NCBI RefSeq assembly: GCF_020745735.1
Contig: NC_083409.1
Span: forward strand, 19,178,341-19,242,340
Reading direction: 5' to 3'
From: Hemiscyllium ocellatum
Taxonomy: Eukaryota
Length of the DNA stretch: 64,000 bases
Part shown: piece after piece, positions 51,024 through 62,829 of the stretch
How the letters are laid out: every line of letters starts with the position of its first letter
How positions within the stretch are numbered: the stretch's first letter is position 1
Made by a program: the position numbers and the translations under genes
The notes under the pieces: model-generated
What the model was told of the DNA's origin: nothing
The model's input: only the letters and a program-made list of their open reading frames with translations
Database searches by the model: none

Positions 51024-52269
51024 GTACTTTCTTCTAGTGTACTTGGCAAGATGGCCCTTTCCCCCAGTCATGCTGAAGAGCCAGTACTTTCTAGAGTTTT
51101 GAAGGAATTTCTCTCATACAGTTGCTGCATTGAGTTAATTGTCACTGCAGTTTGAAATTATTTCATTCCTCTAATGTAGTAAACTGTCAAGGAAGAGCAG
51201 GGCAAAGCTTAACAGCATACCATATGATATTATGAAAGATGACCAACTGCTTGGTCAAAGAAATAGGTGAGATAGAATGTTGGAAAGGAAGAAAATGTTA
51301 CTATTTGAGCTGCGTTAGGACAGAGTTGCATAGCTGATGACCATGCAGCTGAAAGCTTCAGTGCTGAGCTGGGGTGGTGAAAATGAAAATGCTAAAATGG
51401 AGAACATAGACACTTTAAAAGTTTCGAGGATTGAAGGAAATTGCAGAGATAGAAAGGAAAAATATGTGCGGAAGGACAGGACTTCTTATACTGAAGCTGT
51501 TGGCAAGTCATGAATCAGCAAGCACAAGGATCGTGGGTAAAAGGGGCTTGGAAAGAGGGTGCAGTAAGTGGAGCTTTTGAATATGTTGAAGTTGATGAAA
51601 GTTCAGTCAAGAGAACATTGGGATAGTCATGTCTGGAAGTGAACAAAAAAGTAAACAGCTGAGGGTGCAATTTTGGGTCATGTGATGGAAGAGTTTATTG
51701 AAGATAAGAATTCCCGTTGGATGAGCTCTGTAGTAGGTTTCCATTATTCATGGAGGGAATTGCCTTCGTATTCATGACTGCATAGCTGTGATTGATTGAT
51801 AAATGCCATCGGAATCAATACATCAACACCCCATTTTCACTCCTTTTCACAACGTCTGAGATCTTTTAACACATTGTCTCATGCTCCCCTTTGGAGAAAA
51901 GAAAGCATGAAATGGAGCCTCAAGGAATCGGAGCATGAGTAGGGTATTCGTTCCCTTGAGCTTGCTCCCCCATTCTATCAGATCATGGCTGGGCCAAACC
52001 AGGCCACAACTCATCTTTTATGCTTGATCCTCATAGCCCTCAACTGCTTAATATTTCAAAACTCTATCTACCCTCTTTTAAAATAATTTGATATAGCATC
52101 ATAGCATCATTGCTTCGGCTGAGCAATTCCACACCCACCCTCCGAAGAGTAACCCACCAGAACCATTCCCCTACCCCATTTAGTTGTCACAATTTTTTGG
52201 GCGATAGAATCCCAGCCATTCACTGAGAGAGAAAAAAAATCTTTATTTTTTTTAAAAAATGAATGTTCC

Positions 52270-53520
52270 CTTCTGTAATGTTCCCTGGGTTGAGACTTCA
52301 CTGGTACTCGAACATCTAGTCAACACCAACCCCTGTCAAGCTCCTCAGAACACTGTTTCCATAAGATCACCCATTATTTGTCCAGACTCTATTGAATCAT
52401 GACCTAACCTATTCTTGACAGACCAACCTTTTCATCCTTGAAGCAACTAAATGAATCTTTTTTTGAGTGGCCTCCAATGCTAGTTTATCCTTTCTTAAAT
52501 ATGAGAGCAAACATTGTATACAGTACTCCAAGTGAGGTCTCAGCAACAGCCATTGTGGTTAACCAATCCTCAGTCCATGCTAATAAATGACCCCCGGTGC
52601 CGTGAGCTCCTATCTTGTGCAATTAACTTTTATATAGCACCTTATCAAATGCATTTTTAAAATACAAATACAGAACATCATCAGATTCTCCTTTATCAGC
52701 CCTACATCTTATCTCCTTAATGAACTCTAGCAAATTTGTCAAATTATAGTTCCCTTTCACAAAATCCAATCTGCTATGTTTAATGATAAGCTTTTCCAAA
52801 TGTCCTGCTATTTCTTCCTTTAATAATCAACTCTGCTGTTCTGCCAAAACAGATATTAAACTAACTTTCCTGATTTCTGTCTCCCTCCCTTCTTGAACAG
52901 CGCATCAATCCACTGGAAGCTCCCTGTATCCACTGATTCGGGAATAATTCAATTGATGCCTTGAATATCTCTGCAGCCAGTTTCCTTCAAAAATGTTTGA
53001 TACAGGCCATTAGGTCCTGTCTGCCTTTAATCCTATTAGTTTGTCATTACTTTGTCCCTTGTGACAAAGACTGTTGTAGCATTTTTCCTCCCACGAATAC
53101 CTTGCTTTTTGCTATCTTTGGGATGATAACGGTATTCTCCTCCATGAAGACCAAAGTAAAATATTGGTTTAAATTATCTGCTGTTTTCCCTGTACACATG
53201 ATCAATTCCCGAATCAGAACCTCCAAGGGTTCGATGCTCACTTTAGCTACTCACTTTTTACATACCTGTAGAAACTTTTGCCTTTCGTTTTGGTTTCTTG
53301 TCAATTTAATTTCATGCTCAATTTTTTTTTCCTTTTTCGTCCTCCGCTGCTGTGTCGATCTTTTCCTTGTGGGTACTGTCCTTGACTGCCTTTGTTACCC
53401 ACGGGTGATTCACCTTTCTCTTAGAGTTCTCCTTTCTGCCTCAAATAAGATTTTGCTCAGCATTATGAGAAAAGCCCATCATATCCCAGTGACGGAGCAT
53501 GTGATTTTTTTAACACTGGA
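52270..53520 (-). mobile_element. CR1-clade LINE fragments
   Basis: CR1 ORF2 remnants, e.g. KADNLNQYFTLVFMEE and gtatacagtactccaagtgaggtctc. Confidence 0.7.
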
Positions 53521-53804
53521 TGCTTCAATTTTAATGATGTTCTCATTGGTTTTTGCTGTTTCACCGAAGAGCTGAGATCACCTGGAAAGGAGGTGGCAGC
53601 TGATTCAGGTTTAGTTCCAGAATTAATTTGAATACTTGCAAAAATAAATTACTTGCAACATTGTGAGAGCAGGGGTCTAGCCAAATAGCTATTCCAAAGG
53701 GGCGGCACACATGTGATGGGTTGAGTAGGGGCCTCTGATTTCAAAAGCAAGATGTGATCCAAGTTGTCTTCTAACCTGTGCTGTGCTAATTCTTGCTGGT
53801 TTAG

Positions 53805-53965
53805 ATGACTGAGTTGGCATGTGCGCAGGTTGCAGCAGGATCTCTGACTGCCACAAACCCACCTCATGGAACAGCTCCTGTGCCAGTGACAGTGCTGCTG
53901 GACCAACAGAGGCAGCAACATTCAGACTTCATGAACCAACTTCAAACCAGAACTGAACCTGACAG
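53805..53965 (+). CDS. CEP350: CEP350-like coding exon (MTELACAQ...LDQQRQQHSDFMNQLQTRTEPDR)
   Basis: ttag|...|gtaagg, phase 0 to 2; matches MAELTRTH...YDHQRQHLPDFVKQLRTRTETDR. Confidence 0.9.
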
Positions 53966-54126
53966 GTAAGGTTTTCACACTGTCCCAAACCTGATCAATA
54001 ATATTAAGCTTCATGGCTTCATAACCTAAGGCTTGTTGCTTGATGCGATGCACAGTTTTTGATGTTTTCGCTATTATCTGTGATCAGGAGAGGCAGGATC
54101 AATGCACTCAGTCTTTTAGGAAAAAG

Positions 54127-54476
54127 GAGGTGGCTCAGTTGTTAACACTGCTGCCTCACAGCGCCAGGCACCCAGGTGACTCCAGCCTCAGATGACTGTC
54201 CGTGTGGAGTTTGCACATTCTCCCGTGTCTGCAGGGGTTTCCTCTGAGTGCTCCGGTTTTCTCCCATAATCCAAAGATGTGCAGTTGAGGTGAATTGGCC
54301 ATGCTAAATTGCCCACAGTGTTCAGGTATGTGCAGGTTTGGTGCATTAGTCAGGGGTAAATGTTGAGTAATAGTGTTAAGGGATAGGTTTGGTTGGGATA
54401 CTCTTCAGAGGGTTGACGTGGATTTGTTGGGCCAAAGGGCCTGTTTCCACACTGTAGGAATTCTATTCTATTCTAT
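54127..54476 (+). mobile_element. HE1-like V-SINE
   Basis: tRNA-like head, V-domain gtgtggagtttgcacattctcccg..., tail attctattctattct. Confidence 0.9.
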
Positions 54477-55718
54477 GATCAGAGTAATTTTGGGGGTCTA
54501 ACAGAATCCTAGTATTCAGAGGACACTCTGTTAGTTAAAATAGTATTGTGCACTCTTACCTTCTGCAGCAATTTGAGGTAGACTGCTCTGTACAGTTTCT
54601 TCAAATATTTTGTTCTTGAACCAGTCAGGGACTTGGTAATATGATCGATTAATGAGTTCAAAATTAAAGACCCTTTTGGTAAGATTCAATGCAGCACAAT
54701 AGAATTTAGCTTTAGGCGAAGGAATTTGGTTCTTGAACTAGTATCTAAAGTTAAAGGCAGTCACAAGGTTATAAAGTAATAGTGAGCTAAATGGGAATGG
54801 GACAAGAGGTTAGAATGTTAAAGCAGAAGAACCTATTCACTTATTTCATAATTCTCAACAATGTACATTTATTTATAAAAGAAATGCACGATGAAAAGGT
54901 GCCAACAGCGGGGCATAGCTAAAGGAATTGTGGGTGACATCAAATTGAAAGAAAAGATATACAAAACTGCAAAGGTGGTGGTAGGCCAGAAAATTTGAGA
55001 ATTTCAAACTATCGAAGGATGAGCAAAAAACTGCTGAAAGATACTTTGTCCCTTGTGATAGAGACTGTTATAACATCTTACCTCCCATTATATACCTTGC
55101 TTTTTTCCCACCTTTGGAATGGTAACAATATCTTGTAGATTAGTAAGATAATTGGGCAAATTATCCCACGAGTTACTCAGTCTAAAACAAAGTGCTCTTG
55201 TGATGCTGTGGTCATTTCTCCAACTTTGAGCCAGAGGCCTGGATAAATCCTACCTGCTCCAGAAGTGTTGATTAGGAAAGAAACATGAGACAAACTTCAC
55301 TGATTTATTGTACAATCTTGATGGTCTCTGGAAATTCCAAACTTGACTATTTTGTATCCTCACCTGAGGCCTGATCTCAATTAACCCATCTCATTTAAAC
55401 TGAATTGCCTTTGCTTGTGTTGAATATAATTGAAGTTTGTCCTGTCTGCACGCTCCCTTGTGCAAAACCTGTTGCAATCTGTCAAAGAACAAGATTGTAA
55501 ACTCAGATTAGCTGGTAGTCTGTTTAAGGGACAGTAGGTGTTGCAGTATTGATCCCATTTTCCATTGAACTGAGACATGAGATGGTGAGCTTGCTGACAT
55601 GTCCTTCACTGAAAACATTGTTTGAATTAAAAAAAAACTGCTATGGCTGTGGTGGAATTGAATCTAGAGACTTAGCTAGAAGTAGCTGTTCGTTGTTTCT
55701 TTTTTTGTTTCATCGTAG

Positions 55719-55841
55719 AAAGAACGAGTGCAGCCCAACACCAGCTGGATCTGCAGAGAAACTGCCAGACACTAAAATGCGTAACTCCACTTTATTAGAC
55801 AGTCTGACTGAGTCATCCAGACTCAAACATCATGATCGGAG
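55719..55841 (+). CDS. CEP350: CEP350-like coding exon (KNECSPTP...LDSLTESSRLKHHDR)
   Basis: gtag|...|gtgggc, phase 2 to 2; the end matches YDSYSESSGYKNHDR. Confidence 0.82.
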
Positions 55842-55940
55842 GTGGGCTATTTATGTTCGCTGTGGATGCTTTTACAGAGTACAATATTAATCCAAAACAT
55901 ATCTCTTGAGTACTGAAAACAACAAATACTGGAGATCACA

Positions 55941-56254
55941 GTGGGGAGGTGATGGCCCAGTGGTATTATTGCTGGACTGTTAATCCAGAGATCCAGATAA
56001 CATCCCGGAGAACCGGGTTCGAATTGAATTCAATAAATATCTGGAATTAAGAATCAAATGACTATGAATCCTTGGTCGATTGTTGGGAAAAACCCATCTG
56101 GTTCACTAAAATCATTTAGGTAGGAAACTACCATCCTTGCCTAGTTTGGCCTACTCTAGACACACAGCAATGAGGTTGACTCTGAACTGCCCTCTGGGCA
56201 GTTAGGGATGGTCAATAAATGCTGCCTATTCAGTGACACCCTCATCCCATAAAC
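55941..56254 (+). mobile_element. Deu-domain SINE (SacSINE1-like)
   Basis: A-box tggcccagtgg, B-box gggttcgaat, Deu-like core cacagcaatgaggttgactctgaactgccctctg...gggatggtcaataaatgct. Confidence 0.8.
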
Positions 56255-56269
56255 ATATTATTTTTAAAA

Positions 56270-56420
56270 ATCCATGGAGAGAGCAAGCTAACATTTGGAG
56301 TCGAAATGACTCCTTATCAGAGCCCTGATAGAGTCATCTCGACTCGATGTTAGCTTGCTCAGTCTCCATGGATGCTGCCTCATTTGCTGTGAGCTCCAGC
56401 ATTGTTGTTTTCAGTACAGA
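56270..56420. repeat. Fold-back Penelope-tail pair (gagtc...gactc family)
   Basis: Inverted arms 56270-56320 / 56325-56373, both starting at a decayed CTGAT(G)A core. Confidence 0.75.
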
Positions 56421-57059
56421 TTCCACCATCTGCAGTAATTTCCTTATATATTTCTTCTGTATTTTGTTTATTAAATGTCCACTAAATTGCAACTCCTACT
56501 CAACACCTTCCCGACAGAGTACTGTGGTCCTAGTGCCAAAAACCTCCATTGACTTGTTCAATTACACCATACGTTGGGGAAATTGCAAAATGCCACTGTG
56601 GCTGAAAGGAATGGAATCAGAGTCATACGACATGGAAACAGACCCTTCGGTCCAACTCGTCCATGCCAACCAAATTTCCCAAACTAAACTAGTCCAATTA
56701 GCCTGCATTTGACCCATATTCCTCAACCTTTCCTATTCGTGTCCCTCTCCAAATGCCTTTTGAATATTGTAACTGTACTTGCATCTACCACTTCCGCTGG
56801 CCGTTCATTCTGTGTCCGACTCAACCTCTTTGTGAAAAAGTTGGCAACTGATAGTTTCACTGTTGCCTACGGTGAGTGAATCGCTGGGGATTATTGTTCA
56901 TTAAGGACCACCCCTTGCTGAGCATGGCTCAGGGCCTCAAGAGATTCCTAAATGTGGCTTCGGCCTCCTTGTGGGTTACCACATGCTACACAAGGCCTTG
57001 TGTTTGAGAAGCGCAGGGATATATGGATGGGGGTGCTGTGGAAGGAAGGAGGCAATGTT

Positions 57060-57700
57060 AATTAATGAATTAATTTATGGAATGTGGATGTCACTGGCTG
57101 TGCGAACATTTATTGGCTAATTCTAATGCGCTTCAGAAGGTGGCTGTGAGCTCCCTTTTTGAATCACTGCAGTCCATGTAGGCCGACTGGTCGTGCTGTT
57201 GGGAGGGAGTTCCAGAATTTTGGCCCAATGACACTTAAGGACAGCTGAAAGATTTTCAACTCAAGATGGTAGTAGCTCGGAAGGGAACCTGTAGGTGGCG
57301 GTGTTCCCATGAATCTGCTTCCATTGACTTCAAGATGGTACTGGTCATGGGTTTGTAAGATCCATATTGAAGTGTTATGAATTTATGCAGTGTATCTTGT
57401 CGATAGTACACACTACTTCCCTGGGCATTAGTGGTGGAGGGAGTGAATGCAGTCTGCATTTTCCAGCTGACGTCAAGCTTCTTGAGTGTTCTTGGAGCTG
57501 CACCCAAACCAAGCCAAGTCACGAATAGTCTATTGCACTTCTGACTTGAGGATTGTAGATGGTGGACAGGCTTCAGGGATTCGGGAGGTGGTTTATTTTT
57601 GCAGGATTCATTGCCTCTGACCTTCTCTTGTAGCCACAGTAGTCAGATGGCAAGTCCAGTTCAATTTCTAGTCAATAGTAACCCCCAGAATGTTGATGGT
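57060..57700 (-). mobile_element. CR1/L2-group LINE fragment
   Basis: ORF ...ADSWEHRHLQVPFR...; same family as 22170-24420. Confidence 0.65.
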
Positions 57701-58388
57701 GAGGAATTTGGTTATAAAAATGAGTCACTAGCAGTAAATGATACCGGTTCATCAGGTTACAAAGAAAAGTTGAGCATGGGTTTATTTCTGGGGCTACAGA
57801 ATGGAGATGTGTTAGATATGTGTAGAACCGTGAACAGATCACCCTTGGAGCACTGCAAACAGTTCTGATCCATTGTAATATGGATGTAGAGGCAGTAGGG
57901 AATATATTAAAATATTTTCTGGAATTATATCAAAACTGAATTTGAATCCATCAAGCAAGATTGGACAGTCTTGTCTTGTTGAAAAAGAGTATCATGGTCG
58001 AGGCCATTAAGTTATGTCAGGGTTTGATAGGGTTGACATAGAAAAGATACTTCTGCTTGGGAATGACACTATCCACTGGAGCTGTGGATACAATTGTAGT
58101 CACTATTACATCCAACAGGGAATTTGCTGGGGAGGAGGTGTTGGGTAGTGGGGAAGGTCTTTACCCAGAAAGAGGTTTGAGGTCACAATTACACCACCAG
58201 GAATAATTGAAGCAAACAACAGATGAATTCAAGAAGAAGCTGGGAATACAAGTGATCGAAAAAAAATATGTTGATGGGTTTAGGTGGAGAGATACAGAAG
58301 GAGGCCTATGTAAATCTCAAATACCGAGACTCTGTTTTTGCGTTCTAAATCTGTGCATGTGTGTTGATCTGTGACATTTCTATGGCAG

Positions 58389-58549
58389 CAGTGGCAGCAG
58401 TAAACAAGACAGCCCGTCCGTACCATTCTTGGAGAAAAGCAGAACCTCCCACCATACAAAGGGAAACAGCTCTATTGAAGAGGTGGTTCAAACAGCAGCT
58501 GACAACTCGATCCACAGTGACAGTCTGCCTTCATTACCTGGTGAGAAAG
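58389..58549 (+). CDS. CEP350: CEP350-like coding exon (SSGSSKQDSPSVP...SSIEEVVQTAADNSIHSDSLPSLPGEK)
   Basis: Open frame, phase 2 to 1; matches SSGSSRQESPSVP...SSIDEQVQTAADDSLRSDSVPSLPDEK. The donor is GC (ag|gcgaat); an in-frame GT donor exists at 58540/58541. Confidence 0.88.
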
Positions 58550-59008
58550 GCGAATTCTTTAACCAGAAATGGTGTTTTGTCCTTTCACTGATCTCATGAC
58601 TTAAATGGGGATTTGTGTCTCTTCAATTAGATGATTCAAATCAACTGTCACGTAAGCACTCCTTCTATACCCAAAGGATATGTGTGTCAAATAGTAACAT
58701 GATGTGCACTAATTTATTTCAAGATTCCTTTATTCAGTCATGTGCTCAAGCTATTCAATCCAACTTCCTTGTGTTCCCCTTGGATCTGTGGTTGTGCAGA
58801 TGGAAACTTCCACATGTCCCCTTAAACAATGTGTGATTCAACATAACAGTTGTGTTGAATCAATAATTGTAACCCAGCTCTGCTCCTTGGGCAGAAAACT
58901 AATCCAAGGATTCTAGCTCAGCCTTTAACTTCATGTTCAAGTTCTAAATCTTTCAGTGAACAATGGAAAATAACAAAGAACAATGTAAATCATTTATTGT
59001 CTCTCCAG

Positions 59009-59193
59009 ACTCTGCTTCTGTTGCCACTGAGTTCGATGAGTCAATGACTGAGGATGAAATTGAAGAGCAATCCTTCCGTCCCCTTCTGCCATCAAAGAGC
59101 CATTGCTGCTTTAACATGGGGAAGAAACACAGGCAGCAGGATGATTCCGATGAGGACATACTGCAGGCTCAGTCAGCTTCAATAGCTGTCAAA
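59009..59193 (+). CDS. CEP350: CEP350-like coding exon (DSASVATEFDESMTEDEIEEQSFRPLLPS...DDSDED...K)
   Basis: ctccag|...|gtgagt, phase 1 to 0; matches DSTSIATEYSLKFDESMTEDEIEEQSFRSLLPSESHRRF, with YSLK missing. Confidence 0.95.
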
Positions 59194-60113
59194 GTGAGTT
59201 CTCCCATGGGTTAGCCAAGGGTGAGTGATGGTGCCAGTTTGTGGGATCTCAGTGCTTGGAATAGTTGCTCCTCTCCATGTTCTAGGTATCTTGCTATGAG
59301 ACTCAGATGTAGAGGATGAGGAGGAGATGGGTCAATGAGTATAAGGGAAGTGTTGGGCAGGGGCTGTTTTTTACAAATGATAATTACCACTCACTAACAA
59401 TGTTCCCAGAGTTTATAAATATTGAAGAGGAATTAATCTTTTACATTGTTAATCTTTGTGATCGAGTTACTGTGCAGTGAAGACAAAGATTAATATTTAC
59501 TAGGATTCCTTGCTCACCTCGTCCTGTAAACACAAGCTAAATTTGACTGCTAAGGATGTCCCTGAATTTACAACTTTCTACTGTCCATTAAAGGTGATAA
59601 TAAGATGCAAAAGACAAGCGGCGCTTGCAGAGGAATTTGATTTGAACAAGAGACATTTGTGCAGATAATAAGAGATATTCTAATTGGAAGGATATGGTTA
59701 GTGATATCTTGCATGGATCTATGTTGGAGCCCTAACTACTCGCTATTCATGATGAAAGGAAAGCCACATTCAAAACTTGGGGCCTCTCTCCAGATTAGCA
59801 GCGATCTCGAGTGGAGGTAGATGAAAGCATAAAATAAGAAAACAACCTTGACAGATGAAGTAAATGAAAAATCTACAGATGAGTTTGTGTCGGCAAGTGA
59901 GAGGTTGGATCAAGATAGGATATTTCTTGATTGTGAAAATCAAGAGACAGTGGAGTTCAAAGAAACTTGATGGGGGTGATCCAGCTGTATGTAGTTCATG
60001 AAAATGTCACAAACAGGCTCAAAAAAGTGAACAAGGATCAGTGGAATGTTGACATTTATATCCAAAGAAGTTGCAAAAGCAAAGGATTAGAAGTCATGCT
60101 TCAGCAATTCAAA

Positions 60114-60300
60114 GCTGTAAATGTGTTGCTGGAAAAGCGCAGCAGGTCAGGCAGCATCCAAGGAACAGGAAATTCGACGTTTCGGGCATAAGCCCTTCAT
60201 CAGAATTTCCTGTTCCTTGGATGCTGCCTGACCTGCTGCACTTTTCCAGCAACACATTTTCAGCTCTGATCTCCAGCATCTGCAGACCTCACTTTCTCCT
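60114..60300. mobile_element. 187-bp fold-back Penelope-tail insertion with 15-bp TSD
   Basis: 62-bp inverted arms (60114-60175 / 60203-60264, 2 mismatches); TSD cttcagcaattcaaa (60099-60113, 60301-60315); inserted into a CR1 remnant. Confidence 0.9.
60176..60203 (-). ncRNA. Hammerhead catalytic core forming the loop of the fold-back
   Basis: CUGAUGA-A-GGGC-UUAU-GCCC-GAAAC-GUC, identical to the 25782 motif. The helix I register is shifted by 1 nt relative to the native element. Confidence 0.7.
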
Positions 60301-61105
60301 CTTCAGCAATTCAAAACCGAGTCAGACCAATCCGTCAGGGCTGGGCACCATGGCTTAAGAAGAGTATCACTCTTCGTGGAAGTGCAATGTAGACTTACTG
60401 AAGTGATACTTGGGCTCCGAGGCTTAATTTAAGAAGAGAGATTAAATAGATAACATGTTAGAGTCAGAACATTGAGGTGTGATATTGTGGAACACTTTTA
60501 CACACAGAAATGGATGAAGTTTGAAACTCCCTTCCACAAACAGTGATTGATTTGAAATCAGTTACAAATTTTAAATCTGAGATTGTAGATTTTTAACCAA
60601 AATGCTGAAGGATTATGGGACAAAGACAGGGATTTGTCATGATGTTGAAGATTACCATGATTTGGGTGAATGGTAGAATAGGCTCAAGAAGCTAAGTAGC
60701 CACCTCCTGGCTAATGTTGATGTAACCATGACACCCTTATTCTCTGTATGTGCAACTCCTATTCTGTTTTTGGTTATTTATCAGAACCTGGCAGCAAATT
60801 AGTAACTGGAGTCCTGACCAGAAAATTATCAGTATGAGGGACTTTGCCAGTCTTAATGTGTTTCACAGATGATGAAATGAGACAGTCAGCATTTACTCAT
60901 CCTGATAAATATTGGGATAGTTTGATGGGATCACTTGTGATGCAGCATGATTGGCATATCTGATGATGCTCCAACTACTTTTATTGTTGTTGTTGTCTGC
61001 ACTCAGTCCTGAGGTTTTGTGGATTACAGGACAAGTTTTGCTTGGGTCAGGGGAAGCAGATCACCTCACTCTGTACTGTTTGTCCTCCTGTCTTTCACTG
61101 TTCAG

Positions 61106-61293
61106 CATGATTTGAGCATGTCCTACTCTGGAGGTCAAGACAGTTTCTGTAAATTCACCATGGAGATGGTGCAACAATACGTGGAGGAGGAGGAGACGCG
61201 TGCACAGCACCAGGTGTCCCTCCTCAAACTGAGAGAACAAGCCATGCAGGAAAAGACCAAAGCAGAGCTGGCCTGGTTGGAACACCAGAAAAA
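61106..61293 (+). CDS. CEP350: CEP350-like coding exon (...SGGQDSFCKFTMEMVQQY...EKTKAELAWLEHQKK)
   Basis: ttcag|...|gtgagt, phase 0 to 2; matches SGGQDSFSKFTMEMVRQY...EKTKAELAWLEHQKK. Confidence 0.96.
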
Positions 61294-61499
61294 GTGAGTA
61301 GCTGACCTATGCAGTGATGGTAAGCTGAATAGCCTTTCAAAAATGCAATGTAAGAATGTGCAGATCCTTCCAGTAATCCTTTCCGGAGAAGGGGGAAAGC
61401 TGGTGTCTATTCTCATTGCAGTGAGGCTGTTGTGCAGAAGCTAGGTATTCACGTCATCTTTCCCCTTATCACTGTTGAATTGAGTAGAATGAAGCCAAT

Positions 61500-62360
61500 T
61501 TTGATTTTTGTTTCAAATTTTTAAGTTTGTTCTTTGAACTTGGGATGTTTGCGGTAATGCTGGTATTTATTTGCTATCCCTCATTCTCGAAATGGTCATG
61601 GTGTTGAGCTGCCTTGAGCCACTGCAGTCTACTTAGTCAATATAAATGTATCAACTCGCAAGTGCTGTTAGGTTTGGAGTTCAAGGCTCTGGAATAGATT
61701 GTTGCAAGACTGTTGTCCTCACCCACAGGTCAGGATTTTAAACAAATAATTTCATTAGACTTCTTCGCTGCTGTTAAGGCCAGTATTGTTGTCCATCCTT
61801 CATTGCACTTGGGAAGGTGATAGTGAGCCATTTCCTCAAACATCTGCAGTTCACCTGCTACAGGTACAACCACAATGCTGACAGGAAAGGAGTACCTGGG
61901 ATTTTGATCCTATAGCAGTGAAGGAATGATGTATTCCTAAGTCAGGACGGTGTGTGGCTTGCAGAGGAGCTTACAAGTAATGGTGTTACCATGTTATCTA
62001 CTATCTGTGTCCTTTTAGATGGTAGAGGTCACAGGCTTTGAAGATGCTATTGAAGGAATTGAGTGAGTTTCTGCAGTGCATCATATGGTGCACAAAGCTC
62101 TCACTGTAGCGGGTTGCTACATCCTATTTGGTGTTATGCATCTTGGGCATGTATTGGGGAGACAGAAAGTAAGTTACTTAGTGAAGAATTTTCAGCTTCT
62201 GACCTGGTTTTGTTGACCCAGTAGTGTATAGCTGATCCACTTCAGTTTCAGGTTGAGGGTAACTCTAATGTGATAATTGTGAGGGAAGCAGTGATGATAA
62301 TACCACTTCATATCAAAACGATTGCAAGAGATGGTCAATGCTTGGTCAGTATGGTGTGCA
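61500..62360 (-). mobile_element. CR1/L2-group LINE fragment
   Basis: Same family as 22170-24420 and 57060-57700. Confidence 0.6.
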
Positions 62361-62829
62361 TGCATCCATGCTTCCGTAATACTGTAGTCACGTATGCCAT
62401 ATTAGTTGTGGGCAAAAGATTTCTTTCAAAGTCCGTCAGTGAATTATTTGGGTTTTTACAAAGCTCAACATCTTTGTGGACAATTTTACTGACACTAACC
62501 TTTTATTTCCAGATTTTCTTTCAAAATATCCTTTTTAATTTTGTGAGCATAAACACTGTCTTGTTGAAATAAAATTTCTTCAAATTGAGTATGACAAGCA
62601 TGGAAGGGCATTACAGTTATAAAATATTAAGAAGACTTTGCTGTTTAACAAAATCTTAAACCCTGATCATTCTCTTTCTGGTTTAGTTGCTAATTCAGCA
62701 GTGGTGACACTGTGTGATCTACTTGGGCAGATTTACCCAAGTTTGTCTGTAAATTCCAGTATCATTATATCATGTGGAGTGAACTGTGGTTTACTAAAGA
62801 AGTTGAATCTCTTGTCAAGAGGATGAAGA

